DNA of 64,000 nucleotides, taken from Lama glama. Taxonomy: Eukaryota. The notes beneath the pieces were generated by a model. That model did not search any database. It saw nothing but the letters and a program-made list of their open reading frames with translations, and was not told the origin of the DNA. The DNA is taken from the NCBI GenBank assembly GCA_028534125.1, contig CM052817.1, forward strand, positions 101,248,001-101,312,000. Direction: 5' to 3'. Shown piece by piece: positions 49,166 to 60,195 of the stretch (positions within the stretch are counted from its first letter, which is position 1; every line of letters starts with the position of its first letter). Both the position numbers and the translations under genes were made by a program.

Positions 49166-52100
49166 TTTTCCCATAACAAGTACTTCTGAAGGCATTTTAC
49201 ATGAGAACCTGGCCAATAAGACTGTGTTCTCCCAGGAGCGCTGGTCCAGCCCCGGGAACGTCCAGGCAGACTGATGATCAGTCAGTCTTCATCATGGGCT
49301 ATTGTAGGCCACGTGCCAAGATTGCATGTGCTCTAGGACATCACTGGGGCAGGATCCTGTCCTTGTGGAGTTTACATACTGGTGGGGAAGGCAGCTGTAA
49401 CCAAGCAAGCAAATAGATACGTCATTACAAACTGTCCCAATTGCAGTAAAGGATTCCAACAGGGTAAAGTGCTAAAAAACAAAGGGGGGACACCACTTAC
49501 AATGCGAGGGAAGAGGAGGTCACATCAAGGAGGCACCATCTGGGCAGAGAGCCAAGGGTGCAGGGGCAGCCTTGCACCTGGGGATGGGGGGCTGGGAGCA
49601 GGGGTGCTGGGAGAGCCCTGACTGTTCGAACAAAAAGAAAAATAGAGATAAAATCTGTTCTTTTCATGAATCGGCTTATGGGCAAGTCTAAATTAAGTCT
49701 GGGTTCTTCCATTTCCATTTCTAGGAGCAAACAAACATGTGTTAATAGCTTTTTAAAAATAGAATGGAAAGCCTACCAAGGCCCTTCAGGGAAGGGCCGG
49801 AACTCACTGGTCATCTGAGGCCAACAACACGCTCTTCAGAGTAAATCCAGCTAAAAAGGCTTCATATGCCATCTGTACAACGGCTAATGATTTAACTTCC
49901 AGTCTTCTGTTTCTACGTTAGTGCCAAATTTTTATTGACAAGGTCAGAATCTGAAGATTCACAACTTCTTAACTATGCAGAGTTGGTAAATACACTCTGT
50001 TTGTTATGTCTTGTTTGTTTTTTTTTCCCCCTTTCTATTCCCAGGAGCCTGTCTTCTCAGTGAATCCCCCTCTAACAGGATGTCCTGGTTTATTTTTTCC
50101 CTGCCCTTTGCCGAGTGGATGGCCAGGGTTTTAACCTTTTAGTACCCTCATCCTTTGTGGTACATCCTTTGTGGGTTCCTGTTTCTCTGCTATCTTGGGA
50201 ACTCCTGCTGTTTGACTGCAGGGTTTGCATATTCATAAACTCTAAACCTTTAATTCCTCGGGCAGACCTGCCGTGTGGTATGAGAGCTGTTTGTTATTCC
50301 TCAATACAGTTTTCTACTTTCACTTGGTGAGAAATACACCTGTGCTTGTATTTCTAGTCGTTTCTGTTGTGGAACAGTCTCCAGAGAACTACGTAGTCAT
50401 AATGAAACCCCGGCAGCCTGCAAAGGCGGCTCCCCAGGTCTGCCTGTGCAAGTCAGGCCTGAGTCTGTGCTGGGCTTTGCCACTTGCTAGTTGCATGGCC
50501 TCGGGGGAGTCACGTCACCTCCCCAGACCCATTTCTTTGTGTGTACTATGGTGATGGACTGGATGTGGCCACAGAGCTCCAGGTGTTCTGAAGAGATGCA
50601 TGGGGTGGGGGCAGCAAAGAGAGAAGTGAGCATGTTGGCAAGGCCCTCAGGACCAGGACTGGTTCTTTAAACAAAGTATTTTGTGGCTTTAAAACCATGG
50701 GGACTGTATCGTTGCTCTGGTCCTTTCCAAATTTAAATACCTCTGATTCTATGAAAGGATGAGAGTCTTGTGCCTTCTTGCTTCCAGTCACTGGTGGAGA
50801 GGCTCCAGGGCAAGAAGAGAAATAGAATAGAATTCAGGCCAGGAGCTGGGGTGGTGAACTGAGCCCCCACTGGGACTAGAACGTGATGGAGTCTAATCCC
50901 TTGATCCAGGCCCTTTGGTCTGAGCCTGGGGATCCGAAGATCCCTACGATGGAGGGGTGGCTTATGTCCCCTTAGAGAGTACCAGTGCCAGCCACGTGGC
51001 AGGGGAAAGAGGAAAGAAGGTGCCGGGTTCTTTGACTTCAGGCTTGTGCTTCTGGATGGGCACGAATTGAGCACTGGGTGCAGTTGGGTGCATCTTGGCC
51101 AAAGTTCCCTCCCAGATCCCAGCTCCTCACTTTTTCCTTTCTAGAGAAGCTTTGCTTTCTTTCCACATTATTTAACAGTAAAACAAAGAGGCAGTTCTCA
51201 GGGAGCCAGTAGGTTGTCTATGACTGAAACTATATATACACCTGTGACTGGGCTGTGTTTCTCCCAGAGAAGAGTCCCCACCAAGTTAGAGGCCACTGTT
51301 ACAACATCTGACCTTGAGGGCTGCTCAACACTTCAGTCAGGCTGGATTATCAGACACTTCATCCAGTAATGACAGCAGGAGGTGGATAACGCATAGTTTT
51401 GAAAAGATGTACAGGAATAGATTTCTTGGAATGGCTTTATAAGAAAGACTTTGCATTTCCTCTGGTTCAAGGGAAACAAGTTTAATTATTCATTGCAGTG
51501 TATCTAGAATATGGCCTTTTTATAGCATTAGAGAAAGAATGTCTGGCCTGCGAGGAATTTGATATGAACTGGAAAATAAAAACCTTCCTAGATCGCAGTG
51601 GAAAGTAAAGCACAGTGTCCTATTCCCATCCACAGATGCCGAGGAAGTTAGGGAAAGAGGCGAGGAGAGGAGGAAATTCGGAATTACGTGGCATTTCTTG
51701 GGGGTATCTGAATGTTTTACAATGAAATTATTTGCAGTTTGATTTATCCAGGGCTGGGACTTGGCCTGTTTCTGGCAGGTCCCTCCTGCCCTCCCTCATT
51801 TTTCCCAGCCTTCTTCACACTCACCACACTTTCTGTCTTCTCTCATCCCCTGTGTGTAAAATTTAGGGGTTTTGTGACCCCCTGTGATGTTTCCTACAGC
51901 TGGGTTTCTCCATACACAGCTCTGAGAAGTGAACTAAATGCATTGCAAATTCTTGCATCTGTGGAAGCAACTTGCCTTTGTCTGCAAGACACACGGTGAC
52001 CATGCGTCTAAAGAACTGATTGTCTTTTCTTGTCTTACCTTGTGCGCAAGTAAATTGTCGGGGTTGTTTACTGACCTATCTTTGCTTGCGCACACTTAAG

Positions 52101-52342
52101 TTGTAGGTATTGTTTTTCTTTCTTTTTTTTAAACATTTTTTTATTGAGTAATAGTCATTTTTCAATGTTGAGTCAAATTCCAGTGTAGAGCACAATTTTT
52201 CAGTTATACATGAACATACATATATTCATTGTCACGTTTTTTTTTCGCTGTGAGCTACCGCAAGATCTTGTATATATTTCCCTGTGCTACACAGTGTGAT
52301 CTTGTTTATCTATTCTACATTTTAAAATCCCAGTCTGTCCCT

Positions 52343-52842
52343 NNNNNNNNNNNNNNNNNNNNNNNNNNNNNNNNNNNNNNNNNNNNNNNNNNNNNNNNNN
52401 NNNNNNNNNNNNNNNNNNNNNNNNNNNNNNNNNNNNNNNNNNNNNNNNNNNNNNNNNNNNNNNNNNNNNNNNNNNNNNNNNNNNNNNNNNNNNNNNNNNN
52501 NNNNNNNNNNNNNNNNNNNNNNNNNNNNNNNNNNNNNNNNNNNNNNNNNNNNNNNNNNNNNNNNNNNNNNNNNNNNNNNNNNNNNNNNNNNNNNNNNNNN
52601 NNNNNNNNNNNNNNNNNNNNNNNNNNNNNNNNNNNNNNNNNNNNNNNNNNNNNNNNNNNNNNNNNNNNNNNNNNNNNNNNNNNNNNNNNNNNNNNNNNNN
52701 NNNNNNNNNNNNNNNNNNNNNNNNNNNNNNNNNNNNNNNNNNNNNNNNNNNNNNNNNNNNNNNNNNNNNNNNNNNNNNNNNNNNNNNNNNNNNNNNNNNN
52801 NNNNNNNNNNNNNNNNNNNNNNNNNNNNNNNNNNNNNNNNNN
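52343..52842. other. Assembly gap (500 N)
   Basis: Run of exactly 500 N inside the L1. Confidence 1.
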
Positions 52843-53242
52843 GCTTTATATTATCCCATAGGTCCCTTATATTGTTTTCATTGTTTTTTATTTGTTTTTC
52901 TCTCAGCTGTTCTGATTGGGTGCTTTCTGTTGTCCTGTCTTCTAGGTCACTTATTCGTTCCTCTGCATTATCTAGCCTGCTTTGCACAGCCTTTAGGTCA
53001 GCTCTCATCTCAGCAAATGAGTTTACTAATTCTACTTGGTTCTTCATAGCTTCTGTTTCATTTTTGACATATTTTATATCTCTAAACACTATTTCTTTTA
53101 GTTCCTTCAGTACTTTGATCACTCCTTTTTTGAAATCTTGATCTAGTAGGCCATCAATGTCTATTTCCTTGATCGTGCTTTCAGGGGATTTCTCTTGATC
53201 TCTTAATTGGGAGTGGTTCCTCTGCTTCTTCATATCGCTCAT
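52843..53242 (-). CDS. LINE-1 ORF1p N-terminal/coiled-coil region (partial, runs into the gap)
   Basis: MKKQRNHSQLRDQEKSPE...SRLDNAEERISDLEDR...NIRDLWDNIK, characteristic L1 ORF1p motifs; no stop before the gap. Confidence 0.9.
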
Positions 53243-54367
53243 ATCTCTCAGTCACTGTGGCCGGTGGGCAGGCGGGTCACTCCCCTTCCCAATGCCACAG
53301 TCAGATGCTGACCTCAGGCAAGGCAGGTGGGTGGATCGCAACCCCTTCCAGCACTGTGGTCAGGTGCTGTGTTCCTGCCAGGAAGGCAGATGGCCACCTG
53401 CCCTCTCCCAGCACTGGTTGCTCTGCTGTTCTGTGCAGTTGCCCGCTCTGCCTAGGGTGGGCGCTCCGCAGGTGGGCTCAGGGAAGACCATGGAACTGCC
53501 CCGCCCCTGCTCTGTGCCAAATCTCAGCTCATTTGTCTTGGCGTCATGAGTTCTCTGAGGTGCCAGGGCAGGAAGATCCTATCTGCTTTGGGCTGTAAAC
53601 AAGTCTCAGTCCTGCCTAGGAGGTTGCAGAGCCCCTGGGTGTGGATTCAGGTCTCGGCCCCGCCCCTGCCTGGGCACTGCACATAGGAGGAGGTGGCAGC
53701 TGTGGCTGCGCCGCGCCTCTCTTCTCACGAGAAGCACCAGTAATGTCGCCACGGGTCTGAGAAGATAAAGGCTACAGTGCCCCTCCCCCCAGGGCACACC
53801 AGCAGTGTTGCTTTGCTTTTTTCACAATTTATGGGGGACTGAGGTTGTTCTGCTCCATAGCCCCTCCCAGCCACGGCACGCAGCCCCCTGCAGTCCCCCG
53901 GGGCTGCCTCCGTGCAGCCGCCTCAGTTCTCCGCCTGGCTCGGGCCGCCTGGCCTGGCCCCAGCTGCTGGCTCGCGTCTCAGGCTGGGTGTTGCAGGGAC
54001 CCTCTGTGCCCATTTAACTCAGTTCTGTTGGCCAAGGGGTTCTCAGGGCAGATCTGAGTCTCGGAGGCTCCCCCTCCATCCCGCTGGCCTCTCCGTTGGA
54101 GAGGGGAGACCCAGTGAACAAGCGGTATAACCTTTGTGCTCCCTCCCTGCGGGACTGGTCCTGCACTGTTTGGTTTTTTCTTCTTTCTTTTTTCCTTTTC
54201 TCCTACCAGATTTTTAGCGTCTTTGTCTTTTGAAGAGGGCGATGTTCTGTCGGAGTTCGGCAGGTGCTCTGGTTGGCTGAGTGGGCCCATAGGTGTGAGT
54301 TTTGGTGTATTTGTGGGAGAGGGTGAGCTACGAGCATCCTTCTACTCCGCCATCTTGCTTCTCTCCA
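53243..54367 (-). promoter_or_regulatory. L1 5' UTR internal promoter (CpG-rich)
   Basis: AAGATGGCGG YY1 site on the - strand at 54347-54356, near the element's 5' end; many intact CpGs; degenerate repeats of about 60 bp at 53270-53420. Confidence 0.85.
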
Positions 54368-54539
54368 GTATTGTTTTTCTTTTATGAGATTTCTGCTGTT
54401 CTTGGGTCAGTCAGTACCCTTGTTAAAATTAGTCAGGCTTGAATTAGACACTGAGTTAGGGTCTGATGGACTCATGGACTGGATTTCCCTTTGAGGCCAA
54501 ATCCATGAAAGAAAGTGCAACCATTTCCTTAAGCTTGAT

Positions 54540-54873
54540 CGGAAGTGGGCAAACCACGGCCTGTGGGCCAAATCTGGCTGCTGCCTGTTTTGGTACAGCC
54601 AGGGAGTGAAGAATGGTTTTTATGTTTTTAAATGCTTGGGGGGAAAAAAGTCAAAAGAAAAATCAATTTTTGTGCCTATGAAAGTTACATAAAATTTCAC
54701 CTTCAGGGTTTATAAATGCACTTGTCCTGCAGCACAGCTCCACTGCCTCGTATACCATCCATGGCTGTTTTCACTGTACACAGGGGCTGAGTGGTTGTAA
54801 CAGGTATGTGTGGCCCATGAAGTCTAAGGCGTTTACTGTTGAGACCTTTACAGAGAAAGCGTGCTGACCCCCA
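54540..54873 (+). mobile_element. MER58B-like hAT fossil
   Basis: 'ggcaaaccacggcctgtgggccaaatctggc...agaatggttttta...cctttacagagaaagcgtgctgacccc'. Confidence 0.8.
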
Positions 54874-54931
54874 GGCTTGAGTAATTAAAACCACCACCAA
54901 GGGGCGGGGGCAGGGGTGGGGTTTGGGTGTT

Positions 54932-55080
54932 GGTGGAAGGGTATAGCTCAGTGGTAGAGTGTGTGCTTAGCATGCATGAAGTCATGGGTTCAATTCCCAG
55001 TACCTCCATCTTAAAAAAAAATTAAAATAAATAAACCTAATTACACACCACCCCCGAAAAAGATATAGAAAAAAAAAAAA
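54932..55080 (+). mobile_element. vic-1-type SINE with a G-rich 5' extension (54901-54931)
   Basis: 'ggtatagctcagtggtagagtgtgtgcttagcatgcatg...ttcaattcccagtacctcc', A tail. Confidence 0.9.
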
Positions 55081-55094
55081 ACACCACCACAGTT

Positions 55095-55310
55095 GTCTTT
55101 TGAGTCCTACTACATGCCAGGCATGGCTCAGCATCCTTCAGGCATCAGCTTAGTTCATCCTCGTAACCACCCTACAAGGTGTAACTCTTCTATCGCCTTT
55201 TAACAGATGAGGAAAAGGAGAGTCAGGCAGGTGGTGTAATTTCCCCAAATCGATCTGCCAGTCAGGGTCGGAGCTGGGATATGGACACACATCTGTCTGA
55301 TTCCAAAGTC
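55095..55310 (-). mobile_element. MIR
   Basis: 'ttgagtcctactacatgccaggca...ttaacagatgaggaaaaggag...tctgtctgattccaaag'. Confidence 0.7.
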
Positions 55311-56431
55311 GGGAACACCATCCACCATGGAACAGCATTCCAAGTGGCTGGACTGACACCTCCGAGCATCCTTGTTGGCTGGGTCTGCGGTGGAGGGCAC
55401 AGATAAAGACTGCTTATTTGATATCATACTTGTTTTCATTTTTATTAATGCAACTGATGTTTCACTGAGACTTTGTCTCTCATGAGAGCACACCAATTCC
55501 TTAAAGTTGGCGACTGAATGTGGACCCCAGCACAATGCCTAGTACATGGTAGAGCTAAATTAAAAGCTGTTTGAATGAAGGAAGTGGGTGGGGAGTCAGG
55601 AGAAGGCAGGAGAATAGGGGAAGACGGGAGACAGGAAGAGGAAAGACATTATCAAGGAGGAGTCCGGCTTCCCCTGCACTGGCCCTCAGGACAGCAATGA
55701 TTCCACCTGGCACCAAGGTGACTCACCCTGTCCTGGCCCAACCTGACTGGCCTGCACACCTCCTCTGCTGTAGCCTAGCTCCTCCTATTTGCCTACCTCT
55801 GCTCCCCTCACCCCGGGTGTCACTGTGGCTTCCTGGCACCCAGCCCAGACACATTGCCAGCCACTGCAGGAAAAGGCTGGGTGAGTGGGTGTTTGCTTTA
55901 GAACACGTGCATTCAGAGGAGGACATGAAAGCGAGGCCTCCCATCCTGAGATGGTGAGCTCCATCAAAGGGAAAAACCTGGACTCTGCAAAGGTGCCAGA
56001 AGGAATCCTTTCTCTTCTTATCTTTCCAAGAAGGCTGCTGACGCTCCAGGCCAGAGCTGGCCCATGAGGACTTGTTCCCACTGGCTGATGACCAGCAGAA
56101 AGTACCAGGGCTCTTTCTAACAAGAACCAGGTGCAGGTGGGCTTGGAGCAGAGACCCCCTCTTCCTTTCCAGGACTGACCTGTGATTAGGAGTTGGTGTG
56201 AGGACTCACCAAGAGCAACAAAGTAGCGCTGCAGTCTCTTTCTCAGCTGTGTCAAAGGCAGCCGGGAGATACCCTGCTAAGTGGGTGACAGGCCAGTGGA
56301 GGCGGTGTGCTGCCAGGATGATAAAAGTGAATAGATAGAGCATTTCCGATTTTGCATGATTCTGCCCACTCTCATTTAATGGTTTATTTTAGTTGGTATA
56401 AGAAAAGAATTAATAGGGAGTAGTATATTAT

Positions 56432-56545
56432 TTTTTAAATAGTTACTTTATTTTTATTTTTGAAATGGAGGTACTGGGAATTGAACCCAGGACCTTGTGC
56501 ATTTTAAGCACATGCTCTACCACTGAGCTGTAACCACCCCACCCA
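56432..56545 (-). mobile_element. vic-1-type SINE
   Basis: 'ggaggtactgggaattgaacccaggacc...ctctaccactgagctg'; TSD gagtagta(t/c)attatt. Confidence 0.9.
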
Positions 56546-56699
56546 CTGAGTAGTACATTATTAATCTATTCATTTATCAGAAAAAAAATGTTTATTGAAG
56601 CTGTAGGGGCTGGGTTCTAGGAATCCAAAAGGGAATCATTTTTCCCAAAGGAACTCAAATCTAGTAGTGGCAGGACTGCTAGTACCACTGCCCTAGCAA

Positions 56700-56915
56700 T
56701 ACCTGACTGACTGCTTGCTGCGTGTCAGGTACTGGGTGGGGTAGGTTCTCTTCATAGACTAAACCATTTCTTTCTCACAATAACCCATTATTATCCCCAT
56801 TATACAGATGAGGAAAATGAGGCACAGAGGTTAAATTACTTACTCCAAGTCTTAAGTGGCAGAGCCAGAACTCAAATCCATCCTGGCACTAGGGCCCATA
56901 CTCTCCACCACCGCC
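56700..56915 (-). mobile_element. MIR
   Basis: 'attattatccccattatacagatgaggaaaatgaggcacagaggttaa...agtggcagagccagaactcaaatcca'. Confidence 0.8.
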
Positions 56916-57329
56916 CCACATGGCTCCTGGTCACAGTTACTTGAGACTTGCAGTGCACTGAGCATGGTGCCAAGGCACTTACTCCTATAGCATTCAGTCA
57001 TCACCACAGCCTTATGAGGCGATGGTTTACAAATGAGATTACAGAGGCAATGAGCAGCCTGAATGTAGAGCAAATACAGATGTGTCTCCAGAGCCTGTGC
57101 CTTAATTACAACTTCATGCTGAGATTCCTAATACGATTCTAATCCAGGTGACCAGTGTGGTGTGATGCCACATATGGTGCTTAAGAAAATACTCTCTCCT
57201 GATTACAGGTACGGGGGAGGCAGCCTCCTCCGGGTGATGTCAAGTTCCGCCATCCTCAGATTATCTCCCCCAGCCAAGATGCCCGGACTTCTACTTTAGT
57301 ACCACCCTCTGGGTTAAAAGAACCGAGCC

Positions 57330-58280
57330 CTAGAAGTCCTCAGGAAACTCAGGCATGTTAACGGGAGAAAGTCCCAGCCTGACTCCGTGGCACCTTGGTC
57401 ACGTGAGCTCAGACGCGGAAACCTGCCGGGCCGGGCCGGAAAGCGGGAGAGCCGCAGTCCCAGGGGATGGGAAAGGGCCGCAGGGAGCGCACCCACATCA
57501 GCGGAGGGGGCGGGTCTGGGCGATCCCCCAGCTCACAGCCTTTACTGCTGTCACTGCATAAAAAGGCCCGACTCTCCCTCTCCGCCCCTCTCCGTCCCTG
57601 GCGCTGCCATCGCCACCACTTAAATCAGTTATTTTATACAGTGGTCCTGTCTCCCGGTGAGAAATAAGGTCAGAAAAGAAAACTCCCCGGGTAAGGGGAA
57701 AAAGATTCCGAATGCAAGCAGAGCCACGGACATCTCTCTGGAGGACGCTGCCTGGGGGAGGAGTCTGTCGCCATGGAAACCGCCGCCTGGCGGGCGGTGG
57801 GACCGGTGAATGCTCTCGGGGCTCCGGCTGGTCTGGGAAGCCAGGGCTGCGGGAGGTTGGCCCGTGTGTGTGATTATTACCGTAGACTAGAGTTCTAGAA
57901 GCAGAATTATTTTGTCAACAGCATGAACTTTTGGAAGGTTGTCTCTGAACTGCATGTCGGTTAAAAAATAATCCATTTCGTGGGACGGAGAGGAAGGAGT
58001 GCGGGGAAGAGGAAGTCCGCGTCCAGTCAGGCATTATTAGCGGCGCACCCACATCGGCCACCTCCCGGCTCGCGGCGCCTGTCGGTCCCGGCTCTGCCCC
58101 GCCCAGCTCAGGTCTGGCCTCGGCCTCAGCCTTATCCTTGGCCTCGGCAGGGCCGTCACCGAGGGGAATTTGCTGCCTAGAATCCCTGACTCCAAATTCC
58201 AACCTGGCAGTCAGAACCACTGCACTGATTAATTAAACCCCGTGAGCCGCTGAGGCAAGCAGGAACTTGGCACCGCCGTG
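57330..58280 (+). promoter_or_regulatory. CpG island; candidate promoter and first exon D
   Basis: E-box GTCACGTGAG 57398-57407, CCGGAA 57436, GC box near 57507, CATAAAAA 57557, donors CCG|GTGAGA (57656) and CGG|GTAAGG (57690), X-box 57767-57780. Confidence 0.75.
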
Positions 58281-59125
58281 AATTTAATTGTCCAGATGAA
58301 AATTGTGACGGTGAAACTGCTTTAGAGAAAAAACACCACCTGGTACTGATGTGCTCATCCGTGTGGACATCAGTCCAATTGAGGATCCGGAGTTAGGACT
58401 GGGAAGTTACCTTCCAGGTATACTTCGGACAAGCAGTCAATTTAAAATTAGCCAAGCCAAACACTGGCAAAACAAAAGAGCTGTTTGCTTGCTTGCTTGC
58501 TTTTGCTTGTTATTTTTGTCAGAGAGCAAGACAAAGAATAAGGCGAGGGTAGCATGCTGCTTGGGTGTGGTGTATGAGGGATCGCAGAGCCTTGTGTTTT
58601 GCTTGGGCCTTCTCTGGAAAGGACATCTTCAGGCTGAGAAGGGGCTTCTGAAGCCTCATAAGAAAGAACTCAAACCTGGGCAGGCCAGCACACCTGCGGT
58701 CGTGGGTTCAAGCTGCGAGTCAGACTCCCAAGACACCAAGAGGCTTTAATTTAATAATATGGTTAGTAAGCACTGGCAAAGGATACAAAGCAAGAGATAC
58801 AGCACCTGCATCTCACTGGGAGGCCCAGAAGCTTCTTTTCCCCCTCACCCACTTCGGGTATGTACGAAGGATGAAAGCCAACGTGTGTAGGACTCACCTT
58901 GATACATACAAGTCATAGCGCCTTTTTCCCGCCAATCTTTTATGCCATCCTAATTATGTAACCACCGGACAGCTCCTCTAATGCACATCATAAACAAGGC
59001 AGACGGAGCATTCTCCATTTATCTCAACTTTGCTTTTGAGAGAACAGTGCTGTAGGAAGGCCAGGTCATTCTCAGGTGGGCCTGGGCCAGCCCAGGCCTC
59101 ACGTTAGCCTTTTACCCACAGTAGA

Positions 59126-59600
59126 TGTTATGGGTCAAATTATGTCCTTCAAAAAGAGGTGTGAAAGTCCTAAACCCCAGTACCTATGAATGTGACCTTA
59201 TTTAGAAATAAGATCTTTGCAGATGTAGCTAGTTAAGATGAGATCATATGCTATAGGTATGGGCCCTCATCCGATGACAGATGTCCTTATAAGAAGGAAA
59301 AACAGAGACAGGGCAGGGAGTGGCTCATGAAGACAGGTATGTTCAGGGAGAAGGTGGCCGTGTAACAGCAGGGGTGGAGATTGGAGTGAGGTACCTACCA
59401 GCCAAGGAATGCTAGGGCTATAAGATAATGGAAGAGATAAGGAAGGATCGTCGCCTGGAGTCATTGGAGGGAGCTTGACCCTGCCAATACCTTGATTTTG
59501 GTACTTCTAGCCCCTAAAAGCGTGAGGGAATAAATTTTTGTTGTTATAAGTCATCCCAGTCTATGGTACTTTGTTTTAGCAGCCCTAGGGAACAAATACA
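59126..59600 (+). mobile_element. MLT1C/D-type MaLR solo LTR
   Basis: TG...CA termini 'tgttatgggtcaaattatgtcc...gcagccctagggaacaaataca'; 5-bp TSD GTAGA/GTAGG. Confidence 0.9.
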
Positions 59601-60084
59601 GTAGGTAAAAATAGAAAATTCAGTTGCTCTCCATACATTTTAAGTCCTCTGGCTTCAACAAATGATATTCTAAGTTATTGAAAGGATGCAGAGTGCAGAT
59701 AGCCACATCCCAGACCCGGATTTTTATGAGATCTTAGGGAAAGGGGGAATTTCTTAAAGACTGGAGATAGGCAAGTATACTCTTTATTTACAAAGCTCAC
59801 AGCCACAAATTGTAGGCAAAGAACTCTATCAAGTATAATTTTATAGAGGAATATTAATGGGATGGTTTCCAAGCACCTAGAAAAGGAAGCATCCTGGGTT
59901 CCTTGAGAATAAATGATACCCGACCAATTGGAATTCCTTTTTTGATGGAGTTGTTAGACATAGATTGTAGTTATCTGTTCCCTATGATCCAACATAACAA
60001 AAGTGCCAGGGAAGATAGGATGAACACAGAGGTCATGATAAAAGGATAAGGCTGAGATCAGGGGAAGGGATGGGTCTCACGGTC

Positions 60085-60195
60085 TTCTGTGCTGGGCAGC
60101 CGCACCTGGATTATGTCATCAATATGGGGCAGCACCTTGTAGAAACACACAGACATCTGGAGGGAATACCAGATGGGGAGTCAGAGTGCTTGATC
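60085..60195 (+). mobile_element. CR1/L3 LINE fossil fragment
   Basis: 'gctgggcagccgcacctggattatgtcatcaatatggggcagcacc...gacatctggag...ccaga' resembles the conserved L3/CR1 RT-distal motif. Confidence 0.4.

Larger units (their letters stand above)
52122..54367 (-). mobile_element. Young, probably full-length LINE-1 with its interior collapsed into the gap
   Basis: Perfect 15-bp TSD gtattgtttttcttt (52107-52121 and 54368-54382); 3' UTR at 52122-52342; ORF1 start; CpG-rich 5' UTR with a YY1 motif. Confidence 0.9.

Noticed and set aside
58690..59120. Possible old LTR fragment next to the MLT1
   Set aside because: Could not identify the family, termini or TSD with confidence
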